Source: Roseibacillus sp.
GTDB taxonomy: Bacteria > Verrucomicrobiota > Verrucomicrobiia > Verrucomicrobiales > Akkermansiaceae
Assembly (NCBI GenBank): GCA_965242925.1
Contig: CBDEUM010000002.1
Span: 1-46,767 of the forward strand
Direction: 5' to 3'
Length of the DNA: 46,767 nt
Notes under the pieces: generated by a model
Database searches by the model: none
What the model was told of the DNA's origin: nothing
The model's input: the letters and a program-made list of their open reading frames with translations, nothing else
Shown here: positions 9,309 to 19,082 of the stretch, piece by piece
How the letters are laid out: each line of letters starts with the position of its first letter
How positions within the stretch are numbered: the first letter of the stretch is position 1
Position numbers and translations under genes: made by a program

Positions 9309-10367
9309 TCAAAACGCCCACTCGTGCTTGTCGAGTTCGCACACGCAAGCCACCATCAGCTTGATGGCATGCGCGATGTCCTGCTTGTGGCACATTTCGA
9401 TCGTCTGGTGGATGTGACGCGTCGGCAGGGAGATTGCTCCCGCAATCGATCCTCCGGCCGTCATCTTCTGCAATGCAGCGGTGTCGGTTCCCCCGGCCCG
9501 AAGGATCTCCGGCTGCCAGCGGATCTTCTTGGTAGTCGCCACCGATTTCATGAACTCCACCATGCGGTAGTCACAGATCACGGAGGAATCCATAATCTTG
9601 ATACCCACTCCATCGCCCAGTCTGGTGCACTGCTCCTGGGCCTTTGAACCCGGAACGTCGTAGGCAATGGTAGTATCCAATCCGAAACTGAAGTCAGGCT
9701 GGATCTCAAGGGTCGAGGCATGCGCTCCCCGCAGACCCACTTCTTCCTGCACGGTGAAGACACCGTAGAAATCGTAGGCCGGCTTGCGGCGGCTTCTCTT
9801 CAGCGCACGCAGTGATTCAATCAGAAGAAAGACCGAGGCCCGGTTGTCCAGTGACTTGACGTTCACACAATCTCCCATCTCCACCAGCCCGCGTTCCCGC
9901 GTGACAGGGTCACCCACCGCCACCAGTTTTTCCACCTCACTCCCGGGAAGGCCCAGATCGATGAAGTAATCCTCCAGTCTGGGTGGCTTGTTACGCTCCT
10001 CGGGAGTCATGATGTGGATCGGCTTGGACCCCATTACGCCAAGGAGATCCTCCCGTCCATGCACGAGCACGCGCTGTGAGGTCAGCGTCTTGGCGTCGAA
10101 GCCCCCCAGCGGGTTGAAACGCAGGAAGCCCTCCTTGTCGACATGGGTAACGATGAACCCGATCTCATCCATGTGTGCCGCGGCCATGGCCTTCATCCTG
10201 GAGGATTTGCCCTTCTTCAGTGCGACAACATTACCCATCGCATCCACCCTTACTTCATCCGCCAGTCCTTCCAGTTCCTCCAGGACCACATTCCGGATAC
10301 GTGTCTCAAATCCCGGTGGGCCCGGTTCCTTACAGATCCGCTCCAGCAGGTCTACATCAATAGGCAT
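9309..10367 (-). CDS. M42 family metallo-aminopeptidase (TET/FrvX-like)
   Basis: PGFE, DAMGN, AAHMDEIG, KSLDNRA, VQEEVGLRGA, GGTD, RHIH motifs. Confidence 0.93.
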   Translation of the reverse strand: MPIDVDLLERICKEPGPPGFETRIRNVVLEELEGLADEVRVDAMGNVVALKKGKSSRMKAMAAAHMDEIGFIVTHVDKEGFLRFNPLGGFDAKTLTSQRVLVHGREDLLGVMGSKPIHIMTPEERNKPPRLEDYFIDLGLPGSEVEKLVAVGDPVTRERGLVEMGDCVNVKSLDNRASVFLLIESLRALKRSRRKPAYDFYGVFTVQEEVGLRGAHASTLEIQPDFSFGLDTTIAYDVPGSKAQEQCTRLGDGVGIKIMDSSVICDYRMVEFMKSVATTKKIRWQPEILRAGGTDTAALQKMTAGGSIAGAISLPTRHIHQTIEMCHKQDIAHAIKLMVACVCELDKHEWAF

Positions 10368-10412
10368 GTCGGGACCCTACTCCCCGGCCTTGGCAAGTCC
10401 ACCCTCTTCAAG

Positions 10413-10943
10413 GTGGATTGCCACGTACTTCACACTCTGGCACGTCCCCTCCGCTTCCTCACCGCTCTGGTCGTGATCGAAGGCCACCTCCTCATCGGCC
10501 AGTCGGTTGCCTGGTTCACCATGATCCACGAGCGGACACCGGTGCTGGGGCTGCAGCAGTCCATCGCAAACACCTTCTCAGGTACTCATCCCTGCGATAT
10601 CTGCACTGCTCTACAGAACGAAAGAAGGAAGCAGAAGGAGGATGCGCCCATGCCGGAGGCAGGTCCGCTGGTGAAGGTCATTGCCGTCCTCTTCAACGGA
10701 AGCCGCATTGCTGTCTTTCCCCCCGCTCACCCCGGGACAACTCCCATGGCCCGCGCGTCCCACCCGCCGGGTCTGCCCCTTCCAGCACCACCTCCATGCA
10801 ATCGCCGGAGGGGCGGGAGGCAGGATTTCGTGACTACGGGGACCTCACCAGCGTCAGGGAATCCCCGAACTCACCCTGAACTGCCTGCAACCGCTTCCAG
10901 AGCCTGGTGGCCACCGCCTCCGTCGCGGCCCCGCCACTCTTGA
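10413..10943 (+). CDS. Hypothetical membrane protein with HPCxxC motif (DUF2946-like); 3' end uncertain
   Basis: Hydrophobic N-terminus, QSVAWFTM...TFSGTHPCDIC, Pro-rich tail. In-frame GTG at 10413. As read it overlaps the convergent sulfatase by 110 bp, so the true stop is probably earlier. Confidence 0.55.
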   Translation: MDCHVLHTLARPLRFLTALVVIEGHLLIGQSVAWFTMIHERTPVLGLQQSIANTFSGTHPCDICTALQNERRKQKEDAPMPEAGPLVKVIAVLFNGSRIAVFPPAHPGTTPMARASHPPGLPLPAPPPCNRRRGGRQDFVTTGTSPASGNPRTHPELPATASRAWWPPPPSRPRHS

Positions 10944-12255
10944 TGAGATCATTCATTTCGTGGGGGTCCTCGGAAACCTTGTAGAGGCGCAGAGTGTTGC
11001 CGGCCCTGGGGTAGTAGATCAGCTTGTAGCCACCTTCCGTGATCGATCGCTGCACCCCCAGGTAGGCCCCGTAGACATAATCCCGCTTCTTCCCCTTCCC
11101 GTCCAGATGGGGCTGGATGCTCTTGAACTGCACGTAGTCCGGCGTCTTCGCACCCGCCCAGTCCAGGGAACTGGGGATCACGTCCTGCAGGTAAATGGGC
11201 GCGTTGTTGGACGCCCCTGGCGCTACTCCCGGCCCCACCACCACAAAGGGCACGCGGACACTGTGATCATACATGTTCTGCTTCCCGAAAAGACCGTGCT
11301 TGCCCACCGCCAGACCATGATCAGCAGTGAAGACAATATAGGTGTTCTTCTCCTTGCCGCTCTTCTTCAACTCGTCGAGGACACGTCCGATCTGCGCGTC
11401 CATGTGCGTGATGATGGCGTAATACTCACGCCGATGCACCTGCACCGAGTGCCTGGTGCGCGGCATGGGAGCAAGGTTCTCATCGCGAAGCTTGTGAGGA
11501 TTTCCGATCTGATCGCAGAAGGGATAGCGTGGAAGAAAGTTCTTCGGGATCGCAATCCTGTCGGCGGGATACCTGTCGAGATACTCCTGCGGTGCCTGCC
11601 GCGGATCATGCGGTGCGTTGAAGGCCAGGTAGATGAAGAACGGCTGCTGGGACCCCCCGGCCTCCTGCAGGAACCCGACCGCGTCGTCGGCCTGGACCTC
11701 ACTCCAGTGTTTGCCCCCTTCCCAGAATCCACCAATCGACTTGTCGGTCGGATCCCAGGGATCGGGCTTCCCTCCCAGCGGCCGGTTGTAAGCCTTCTTC
11801 ACCGATCGCGGCATTCCGGGCCGGACATGCCTGGCGACATTGAACAGTTTACCCGCGTCGATCTGCACATGCCACTTCCCGGACATGTAGGTCCTGTACC
11901 CTGCGCTTTCCAGCAACTGGGGCCAGCACTTCTTGTGTGCGTGATATTCCGCCATTCCTTTCCGGTTGGCCACCTTGTGGGCGTTCCAGAGTTGCCGACC
12001 GGTCATCAGCATGTGCCGGCTCGCTACACAAACTGCTCCGCTCCAGGACCCGGAGTTATAGGCATGTGTGAAAGTCGTTCCAGCCTTCACCAGCCGGTCA
12101 AGGTGCGGAGTCTCGATCTCCTCGTGTCCCAGCGCCGCGATGGCGTCGTAGGTCATGTCGTCCGCAAAAATAAAGAGGATATTGGGCTTGGCGGCTCCGG
12201 CAATAGGAAGGAACGAAAGGGCGCAGGCCGCCAAGGAGAGGATGAGACTTTTCAT
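10834..12255 (-). CDS. Cys-type sulfatase (choline-sulfatase-like), secreted
   Basis: Signal peptide, KPNILFIFADD, AVCVASR, SGKWH, APHDP, ADHG, GKQNMY. Confidence 0.93.
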   Translation of the reverse strand: MKSLILSLAACALSFLPIAGAAKPNILFIFADDMTYDAIAALGHEEIETPHLDRLVKAGTTFTHAYNSGSWSGAVCVASRHMLMTGRQLWNAHKVANRKGMAEYHAHKKCWPQLLESAGYRTYMSGKWHVQIDAGKLFNVARHVRPGMPRSVKKAYNRPLGGKPDPWDPTDKSIGGFWEGGKHWSEVQADDAVGFLQEAGGSQQPFFIYLAFNAPHDPRQAPQEYLDRYPADRIAIPKNFLPRYPFCDQIGNPHKLRDENLAPMPRTRHSVQVHRREYYAIITHMDAQIGRVLDELKKSGKEKNTYIVFTADHGLAVGKHGLFGKQNMYDHSVRVPFVVVGPGVAPGASNNAPIYLQDVIPSSLDWAGAKTPDYVQFKSIQPHLDGKGKKRDYVYGAYLGVQRSITEGGYKLIYYPRAGNTLRLYKVSEDPHEMNDLIKSGGAATEAVATRLWKRLQAVQGEFGDSLTLVRSP

Positions 12256-12519
12256 GAAAAAGAGAGGGCTAATGATGATTTACAGGACCAGTATTCGCCA
12301 TCTCCCACATCGGCCGGAAGAGAATTCTTCCCAATTCCGTGCCATGAGGGTCCCCCCTTTCCCCAAACTAAGGGCCTTCGGGCCTACCAGAAGCGATCTT
12401 CCCAGCCCGGCGGGATCAGTTCTCGACCCGATTGCAGAAAAATCCCAGCCTCGGCTCCGTTCTCCATACAACGCCCTCATTCCGGGCGGATTCCATTCAT
12501 CCACCACCACTTACACCTC

Positions 12520-13419
12520 ATGAAGACCAAATTGACCATTCTTACCGTGATCAGCCTGCTCGTCCTGCCCACCCTGGGACAGGAGCAGGATCGTGAAAAA
12601 GAACGCAAGCGGGCTGGCGCGGGCAAGCGGGCCGGGGAGCGGGCTGGCCAAGCGCGGGCAAGCGGGCCGGTGAAGGCGCGGGCAAGCGGGCGGGCAAGGC
12701 GCGGGCTGCAAGCCGGGCAAAGGCGCGGGCAACGTGGTGAGCGCGGCCGCCGGTGAGGGGACCGCGCCATCACGAGGCAGACCGCAGCGCCATCCGAGGG
12801 AGACCGCGAGCACCATCACGAGGCAACCGCGAACGCGATGGCCAAGGCGAACGCCACGAACGTGAACAAGACCGGGAAGCCGTAAGTTCATCGAGCAAGC
12901 CGAACGCAAAATCAATGAACTGCGCAAACAAGGCAAACACGAAGCAAGCCAATTGCTTCGCCACGAGCAGAAATGGCCAGCGCCACCACGAGGGAGACCG
13001 CGAACGCCATCACGAGGACAACCGCGAACGCCATCACAAGGACGACCGCGAGCGCCATCACGAGGGAGACCGCGAGCGCCATCACGAGGGAGACCGCGAG
13101 CGCCATCACACCGAGAACGCCATCACGAGGACAACCGCGAAGCGCCATCACGAGGGACAACCGCGAAGCGCCATCACGAGGGAGAACGACCGCGAGCGCC
13201 ACCACGAGGGAGACCGCGAGCGCCACCACGAGGGAGACAACGAGCGCCCATCACGAGGGAGACAACGAGCGCCGCCACGAGGAAGAGCTTCATCACTTTC
13301 TCCGGCAGCTTGGGGAACGCCTCTCGCACATCGAGCGACGCCTGCAGCGCCTCGAAGAAGCACAGCGCCCGCAGCAAGGACCAAGACGACCACAGCAATC
13401 TCCCAAGAGAGGCAGGTAG
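12520..13419 (+). CDS. Secreted low-complexity His/Arg/Glu-rich repeat protein, broken by several frameshifts in this sequence
   Basis: Signal peptide MKTKLTILTVISLLVLPTLG from ATG 12520. Fragments in different frames: GAGKRAGE-like repeats, RKFIEQAERKINELRKQGKHE, (RHHEGDRE)n, and the C-terminal coiled coil EELHHFLRQLGERLSHIERRLQRLEE...KRGR*. Followed by a terminator. Confidence 0.7.
12765..13287 (+). repeat. 24-bp coding tandem repeat CGCCAYCACGAGGGAGACCGCGAR (RHHEGDRE), about 13 units at 12981-13287 plus about 3 degenerate units at 12765-12835
   Basis: Units start at 12981, 13005, 13029, 13053, 13077, 13101, 13118, 13143, 13169, 13197, 13221, 13245 and 13270. Several are 17, 25, 26 or 28 bp long. 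Confidence 0.92.
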
Positions 13420-13453
13420 TCCTCCTCCTTCTATATTCTTACCTGGTATCAAG

Positions 13454-13482
13454 GGGAGGGCTGCAAGGCCCTCCCTTTTTTT
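13454..13482 (+). terminator. Rho-independent terminator
   Basis: GGGAGGGC-TGCAAG-GCCCTCCC followed by T7, downstream of the repeat-protein gene. Confidence 0.85.
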
Positions 13483-13516
13483 CGGGTAACCCGACGGGAG
13501 GAACAGACCATCATAA

Positions 13517-13545
13517 GAAAGGGAGAGCGATTTGCTCTCCCTTTC
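13517..13545 (-). terminator. Probable intrinsic terminator of the DUF1553-DUF1501 operon
   Basis: Perfect 12-bp inverted repeat GAAAGGGAGAGC-N5-GCTCTCCCTTTC, ~25 bp past the DUF1501 stop codon. Confidence 0.7.
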
Positions 13546-13568
13546 GAAATTCAGGATTCCAAGGCTCC

Positions 13569-15026
13569 CTAGGCCATGATGCCGTGGATCGGCTTGGCTC
13601 CCTCCACTCCGACCAGCTTCTGGTCCAGTCCGCCATAGAAATAGCTCAGGTTGTTGGGATCGAGCCCCATCCGATCGAGAACGGTGGCATGCATGTTCCG
13701 GACGTGAAGGGTCTCACCCACGGCCGCAGCGCCTAACTCATCGGTCTCTCCATGAGCGACCCCGCCCTTGATCCCTCCCCCGGCCATCCACATTGTGAAG
13801 CCGAAGGAGTTGTGGTCGCGCCCGGTTCCCTTGGCGTATTCCGCCGTGGGCTGGCGGCCAAACTCTCCGCCCCAGACAATCAGGGTATCATCCAGCATTC
13901 CGCGCTGCTTCAGGTCCGAAATGAGCCCTGCGATGGGCTTATCGGTATTTCCGGCATGCTTGTTATGGTTTGCCTCCAGATTTCCATGGGCATCCCAGTT
14001 GGCGTCGTTGTGCGCCCCCCCCGAGTAAATCTGGATGAAGCGCACCCCTCGCTCCACGAGACGACGAGCGAGCATGCACTTACGTCCATAATCGTCGGTC
14101 CGGCCTTCCCCGATGCCATAAAGTTTCTTCACGTGGTCTGGCTCGGAGTCGAGATTTATGGCCTCCGGGGCGGTCATCTGCATGCGGTAAGCCAGCTCGT
14201 AGCTGGAAACCCGGGAGGAAAGGTCCGACTGGTCTTCGCGCAGGCCCAGGTGCTCCCGGTTCATGGTGCCGAGGTAATCGAGAAGGGTGCGTTGCTGCTC
14301 ACGCGGCATGTTATGCGCATTCTTGAGGTTGAGGATCGGGTCCCCTTGCGAACGGAACACCGTCCCCCCATAGCTCGCGGGCATGTATCCCGAGGTCCAG
14401 TTCTTGGCTCCACTGATCGGTCCTCCGCTGTTTTCGAGCATGACTACGTAGCCCGGTAGATTCTCGTTCACACTGCCAAGCCCGTAGTTCACCCACGATC
14501 CCAGCGAAGGCTTTCCGCTGACCACTGAACCACAATTCATATTGAGCATGGCCGAGCCATGAATGGGAGATTCAGCGGTCATGGAATGAATGAAGGCAAT
14601 GTCATCAACCCGTTTGGCCAGGTGCGGAAAAAGAGTCGAGACATGCTTGCCGGACTGGCCATACTGGGAGAATTTCCATTTGGGCCCGACCACGCGCCCC
14701 TTGTTCTTCTTTCCGCCCCGCCCGAAAGTGCTCACATCGATGGTCTTGCCATCCAGGGGGTAGAGCTTGGGCTTGTACTCAAAGGTATCCATGTGACTCG
14801 GCCCGCCATACATGAAGAGGAAGATCACCGACTTGGCTCGCTGCGGCAGCATCGAATCCTTGGGCGCAAGCGGGTTTCCATAGAGGCTGGCCGCCCCTGC
14901 CTTGTTGAAGAATCCATCCTGGGCCAACATGCCCGTCAGGGCCAGGGAGGTGAAGCCGCCGCCAAGATGACGGATAGCCTCCCGCCGATTGACCTGCCCG
15001 CAAAAGGTGTTCACTGGTTTGTTCAT
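13569..15026 (-). CDS. DUF1501 domain protein, Tat-exported
   Basis: Twin-Arg signal NRREAI, AKSVIFLFMYGGPSHMDTF, ARRLVERGVRFIQ, WDAH, GEFGR, GRDHN. Start ATG 15026. Confidence 0.93.
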   Translation of the reverse strand: MNKPVNTFCGQVNRREAIRHLGGGFTSLALTGMLAQDGFFNKAGAASLYGNPLAPKDSMLPQRAKSVIFLFMYGGPSHMDTFEYKPKLYPLDGKTIDVSTFGRGGKKNKGRVVGPKWKFSQYGQSGKHVSTLFPHLAKRVDDIAFIHSMTAESPIHGSAMLNMNCGSVVSGKPSLGSWVNYGLGSVNENLPGYVVMLENSGGPISGAKNWTSGYMPASYGGTVFRSQGDPILNLKNAHNMPREQQRTLLDYLGTMNREHLGLREDQSDLSSRVSSYELAYRMQMTAPEAINLDSEPDHVKKLYGIGEGRTDDYGRKCMLARRLVERGVRFIQIYSGGAHNDANWDAHGNLEANHNKHAGNTDKPIAGLISDLKQRGMLDDTLIVWGGEFGRQPTAEYAKGTGRDHNSFGFTMWMAGGGIKGGVAHGETDELGAAAVGETLHVRNMHATVLDRMGLDPNNLSYFYGGLDQKLVGVEGAKPIHGIMA

Positions 15027-15069
15027 CGTTTTAAGAAGTGAGATATTGGAGGAGTGAGGGGGATGAGGA

Positions 15070-17694
15070 TCAGTCGACAAAGAAGAACTCGTTGAGGTTC
15101 AGGACGAGGAGAGAAAAACGGTTGAAGGCGTCCTCCGCGGAGAGCTTGTGTTCGCGCATCATCACTTCCACGAACTCCATTCCGTAGTCGAGTTCGCGCA
15201 CAGTGGCCGGACGGGAAAGGGCGATCTCAAGGGCCCGGCCGATCTGCCGCCGGGGGTCATCCGGCGCCTCGGCCCGCAGGCGCTTGGCAAAGCTGACCGC
15301 CTCTTCGTTGACAAAGGCACTGTTCATCATGGCCAGGGCCTGGGTAGGCAGGATGCTCCGGAAGCGCACGGGGCAGGTTCCATCAGTATCGGCGAGGTCA
15401 AAGTCCTGCAGGATGGGTGGAACCAGAGAACGCTTCACCTTGATATAAACACTGCGCCGGGTCTGCTCCTCCTCGGGCGAGTTCCCCCACTTTCCTCCCT
15501 TGGTTGAGGATGTAGCCAGAACTTCGGCAGACAGCTTGATGTAGATGCTGGGGCCTCCCATCTTGCGGTTGAGCCTCCCGGTTGCCATCAGGATCGAATC
15601 CCGCAGTTCCTCAGCCGTGAGCCGGCGCATGTTAAAGCGCCAGAACCACTTGTTATCGGGATCCCTGGACAACCCGGCAGCCTGTCCCCCGGAAGACATC
15701 TGATAGGCCTGCGAAAGCATGATCACCTTGTGCATGGCCTTCAGGCTCCACTTCCTGGTCACCAGTTCAGTGGCCAGCCAATCGAGGAGCACCGGGTGGG
15801 AGGGACGCTCTCCAAGGTAACCAAAATCGTTGGGGGTGGCACAGATCCCGCGTCCAAAGTGATGCTGCCACAGGCGGTTCATGATGACACGGGAGGTCCG
15901 CGGATTATCCGGCTTGATGATCCACTGGGCCAGAGCCAGACGACGACCACTGGTATTGCGTCCATGCACAGGCGGCGTGCCTTTCAGGTCCTCTGCCCCG
16001 AAAATAGAGGGGATCCGGGTGGTGACTACTTTCTCGTCCTTGACGTGGGGATTGCCACGCATGTGGATATGAAGGGCCGGGGGCGTTTTGCCATGCTCCT
16101 GCACGACTTGGGCATTCACGCTGGTGGGCTTGGGGCGCTGGGTCAGGTGCTGCGCGATCTGCTTCTTGAGCTTCTTGCGCTTCTCGAGGAGCCCCACCTC
16201 CACCCCCTTGGCCTTAGACATCGCCAGGGCAACATCGATGGTGAACTTCTCACCCGGGTGGGCCTTCACACCGAAGTCGAAGGACTGTCCACCACTCGTC
16301 TGCCGCACGTGGACAGTCACCACGTTGCGTCCGGTCTGCAGGGCAGAGAGAAATTTCCGGTCCGCGTCAAACTCCTTGTAGGATGCGATGACTCCGCTCC
16401 GCTTCAGGACATGCTGCCCGTTGAGGTAAAGATCTACGTCTTCGTCGTGAATGAGGGAGAGCCTCAGCTTCTCCGGTATGCTCTCGAGAAGAAATGTTCC
16501 CTGGGCCCAGAGATCCTTGCTGTCCCACTGGGTGTTGATCTTTACTCCCGCTGTTCCGGTCTTGCCGAAGCCCGCCCGCCCCCTCTTCCACTTCTGGTTC
16601 TCGGCACGGAAGTTCACTGCCGACCAGTTGGATCCCGGCTTGGTGGTGGTATAGAACCATTGGGCCGGATTTGACTCCCGCCCGTCCCCCAGCAGCACGA
16701 GAAACTCACCATCGGAACTGCTGAGCCTCCCCTTCAGGCTCGGAAAGGCCTTGACCAACTGCTGCCCGATCAGTGTCTCGGCAGCCCTCAGCTCACCCTC
16801 GGTGCGCTCGCCTTCTTCATCGTGTTTCCGGAGGGCGGCCTGATAACTGGCATCGCCTTCGCCACCCCCGACCTTCTCGATATTGGCTCCACCCTTGCCC
16901 GGTTGCTTCACCCCACGGAAAAAGGCCATGAAGCTGTAGTAGTCCTCCTGCGAGATCGGATCGCCCTTATGATCATGACAACGCGCGCATCCAACTGTCA
17001 TCCCCAGCATTCCTTCGGTAGTGATGCGCAGGTCGTCGTCAAGGTTGTCGAAGAGGTGCAGCAGGCGATCCGCAGGTTCATCGTCCCACTGCATGAGACG
17101 GTGGAATCCAGTTGCAATCATGGATTGCGAGGTCGGCTTCTGGATCTCGTCGCCCGCCAGTTGCTGCAGAAGGAACTGGTCGTAAGGCAGATCCATGTTG
17201 AAGGCATCGATGACGTAATCCCGGTAGCGCCAGATGTGCGGTTTTTCAGAATCACGCTCAAAGCCGTTGGATTCCGCGTAACGCACGATGTCGAGCCAGT
17301 GCCGCGCCCACTTCTCACCGTAGTGCGGAGAGGACAGCAGGCGATCGATGACCTTTTCCCATGCGTTCGGAGACTGATCGTTCTCGAAGGCCTCGACTTC
17401 TTCCAGGGTGGGTGGGAGCCCGGTGATATCAAAGCTTGCCCGGCGAATGAGCTCCCTGCGGGACGCGAGACTGTTGGGCTTCAAACCCTTTGCTTCAAGA
17501 CGCTTGTAGATGAAGGCATCGATGGGATTCGCGCTCCAGGCGGGATTCCCAACCTTCGGCACGCTCGGCCGACGAAGCGGCTTGTAGGACCAGAACGACT
17601 TGGTGGTGGCATTGACCTTGGTAATAATCTCCTCCGCGGCCAAACAGGTCGCGAAGGTGGCCAGAAGCGGAAGCGTTAGCAGAACGTTCTTCAT
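15070..17694 (-). CDS. PSD1/planctomycete cytochrome c protein (DUF1549 + DUF1553) with inserted beta-sandwich domain
   Basis: FWSYKP, NPIDAFI, LIRRASFDITGLPPT, YGEKWARHWLD, CARCHDHK heme motif, RLALAQWI, NRLWQHHFGRG, PSHPVLLDWLA, RRSVY, PTQAL, LNLNEF. Confidence 0.93.
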   Translation of the reverse strand: MKNVLLTLPLLATFATCLAAEEIITKVNATTKSFWSYKPLRRPSVPKVGNPAWSANPIDAFIYKRLEAKGLKPNSLASRRELIRRASFDITGLPPTLEEVEAFENDQSPNAWEKVIDRLLSSPHYGEKWARHWLDIVRYAESNGFERDSEKPHIWRYRDYVIDAFNMDLPYDQFLLQQLAGDEIQKPTSQSMIATGFHRLMQWDDEPADRLLHLFDNLDDDLRITTEGMLGMTVGCARCHDHKGDPISQEDYYSFMAFFRGVKQPGKGGANIEKVGGGEGDASYQAALRKHDEEGERTEGELRAAETLIGQQLVKAFPSLKGRLSSSDGEFLVLLGDGRESNPAQWFYTTTKPGSNWSAVNFRAENQKWKRGRAGFGKTGTAGVKINTQWDSKDLWAQGTFLLESIPEKLRLSLIHDEDVDLYLNGQHVLKRSGVIASYKEFDADRKFLSALQTGRNVVTVHVRQTSGGQSFDFGVKAHPGEKFTIDVALAMSKAKGVEVGLLEKRKKLKKQIAQHLTQRPKPTSVNAQVVQEHGKTPPALHIHMRGNPHVKDEKVVTTRIPSIFGAEDLKGTPPVHGRNTSGRRLALAQWIIKPDNPRTSRVIMNRLWQHHFGRGICATPNDFGYLGERPSHPVLLDWLATELVTRKWSLKAMHKVIMLSQAYQMSSGGQAAGLSRDPDNKWFWRFNMRRLTAEELRDSILMATGRLNRKMGGPSIYIKLSAEVLATSSTKGGKWGNSPEEEQTRRSVYIKVKRSLVPPILQDFDLADTDGTCPVRFRSILPTQALAMMNSAFVNEEAVSFAKRLRAEAPDDPRRQIGRALEIALSRPATVRELDYGMEFVEVMMREHKLSAEDAFNRFSLLVLNLNEFFFVD

Positions 17695-18044
17695 GCGGTG
17701 ACGGAAAGATGGCAACCCCTTCGGGTTGAGTTTTCATTAGCGCGTTTGTGGGACAAGCGGCCGGTCTTTATCCGGTATTGTAATTCGCTGTTCGAAACAC
17801 GCTACGGGAATTAGGGCAAAATTTGCCGCCGCCATACAGAAAAAAACATGCCACGAGAGGGTGACCAAATCACTCGCTTTTTGTTGATTTCTTCAGATTT
17901 CCGGCAGGACACCTGCACCCCGGGAATAATCGCAGATTCCTCGCTCAGGGCCATCCCGCCTACCCTCCTGACGCCTGTTTTCCAAGCTCAATGGGACATT
18001 GCTGCCCCTGATCGTTGCGCCAGGCAAATGAAAGCAGCGCTTCT

Positions 18045-19019
18045 CTATACCCCCAGCCACATCCGCCCTACTGAGATAATCACCGGGATTGTGACAATGG
18101 CCGCCACCGAGGTCGTCAGCACCACATGCACCGCCGCGGCGGGATCTGCTCCGTAGTGACGGGCGTAGACAATGGGCGTCACCGCACTGGGCATGGCCGC
18201 TTGTACCAGGAGGACCTGTTTGAACTCAGTGACCACGGGGAGAACCTTGGCCAGGGAAAGGATCACAGCCGGCATGAGGACCATGCGCACGATCAGGCTT
18301 CCCACCCCGACGCGGGGCGAGTAACGCTCCTTGCCCAGCAGGTCAGAAATGACCGTTCCGATGAGCAACAGCCCCACCGGGAAAGCAGCCAATCCCAGCC
18401 AGTGGAGGAGATTGAGGAGGGTCTCGAAGACAAAGCCCGCCACCTTGGAATGTTCCACCAGGAGATCGAATCGTGCAAATACCAGCGTGAGACCAACCAC
18501 CACCGCCACGATGGGACCGGAAAGAAACTCGCGCGGCGACTTCATGGGTCTCCCCCTCAGGATAAACATTCCCAACGTCCAGACTCCGAGTTCTACCCCG
18601 AGGCTATGGGTAAAGAGGAGACCGAGAACCGCTGTCTCGCTCCGGGGGAAGAAGACCATGAGAAGCGGAATGGCCACGTATCCGTAATTCTGCACTCCCG
18701 CTGTCACGGTGAAACTACGCCAGCCCGTCCCCTTTCGCAGGCCGATCAAGCGCCCAACGACGAGAGCGGCCATCAACCCGATCACGATGACAGCGAACCC
18801 CACCCCGATCGCCCAGAAAACCACCTGGGGATCGCGCAACAACTCCGCCCGCAGAATCTTGTCCAGGATCAGGGCCGGGTAGAGCACGTGAATGACCAGC
18901 CTCGTAAGCCCGGCATCCATCTGGGGCCCGAGAACCTCGGCACGCCGGAGTCCCCCTCCCACCACCATGAGGAGGTAGATCGGAATGACTGCCACCAGGA
19001 TCTGCGGAAGATCGCCCAC
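18045..19019 (-). CDS. AEC (auxin efflux carrier / Mem_trans) family transporter
   Basis: About 10 hydrophobic helices; QNYGYVAIP and AAMPSAV motifs. Confidence 0.9.
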   Translation of the reverse strand: MGDLPQILVAVIPIYLLMVVGGGLRRAEVLGPQMDAGLTRLVIHVLYPALILDKILRAELLRDPQVVFWAIGVGFAVIVIGLMAALVVGRLIGLRKGTGWRSFTVTAGVQNYGYVAIPLLMVFFPRSETAVLGLLFTHSLGVELGVWTLGMFILRGRPMKSPREFLSGPIVAVVVGLTLVFARFDLLVEHSKVAGFVFETLLNLLHWLGLAAFPVGLLLIGTVISDLLGKERYSPRVGVGSLIVRMVLMPAVILSLAKVLPVVTEFKQVLLVQAAMPSAVTPIVYARHYGADPAAAVHVVLTTSVAAIVTIPVIISVGRMWLGV

Positions 19020-19082
19020 GAGGCGGAGGGTAACCGCAGGACCGTGAACTCAAAGCCGTTTGAGCGAAGACCCGGAAAATCC

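Noticed and set aside
10960..12756. 598-aa plus-strand ORF
   Set aside because: Antisense to the sulfatase for most of its length. Only the part from ATG 12520 is a plausible gene start.
12981..13287. Possible CRISPR array
   Set aside because: Units are head-to-tail with no unique spacers, vary mostly in codon-compatible ways, encode RHHEGDRE, and no cas genes are present.
17700..17860. Possible riboswitch or ncRNA upstream of the DUF1553 gene (small hairpins, GGCAAA-A-TTTGCC palindrome)
   Set aside because: Stems are short and I could not match any known riboswitch consensus. A covariance-model search would be needed.
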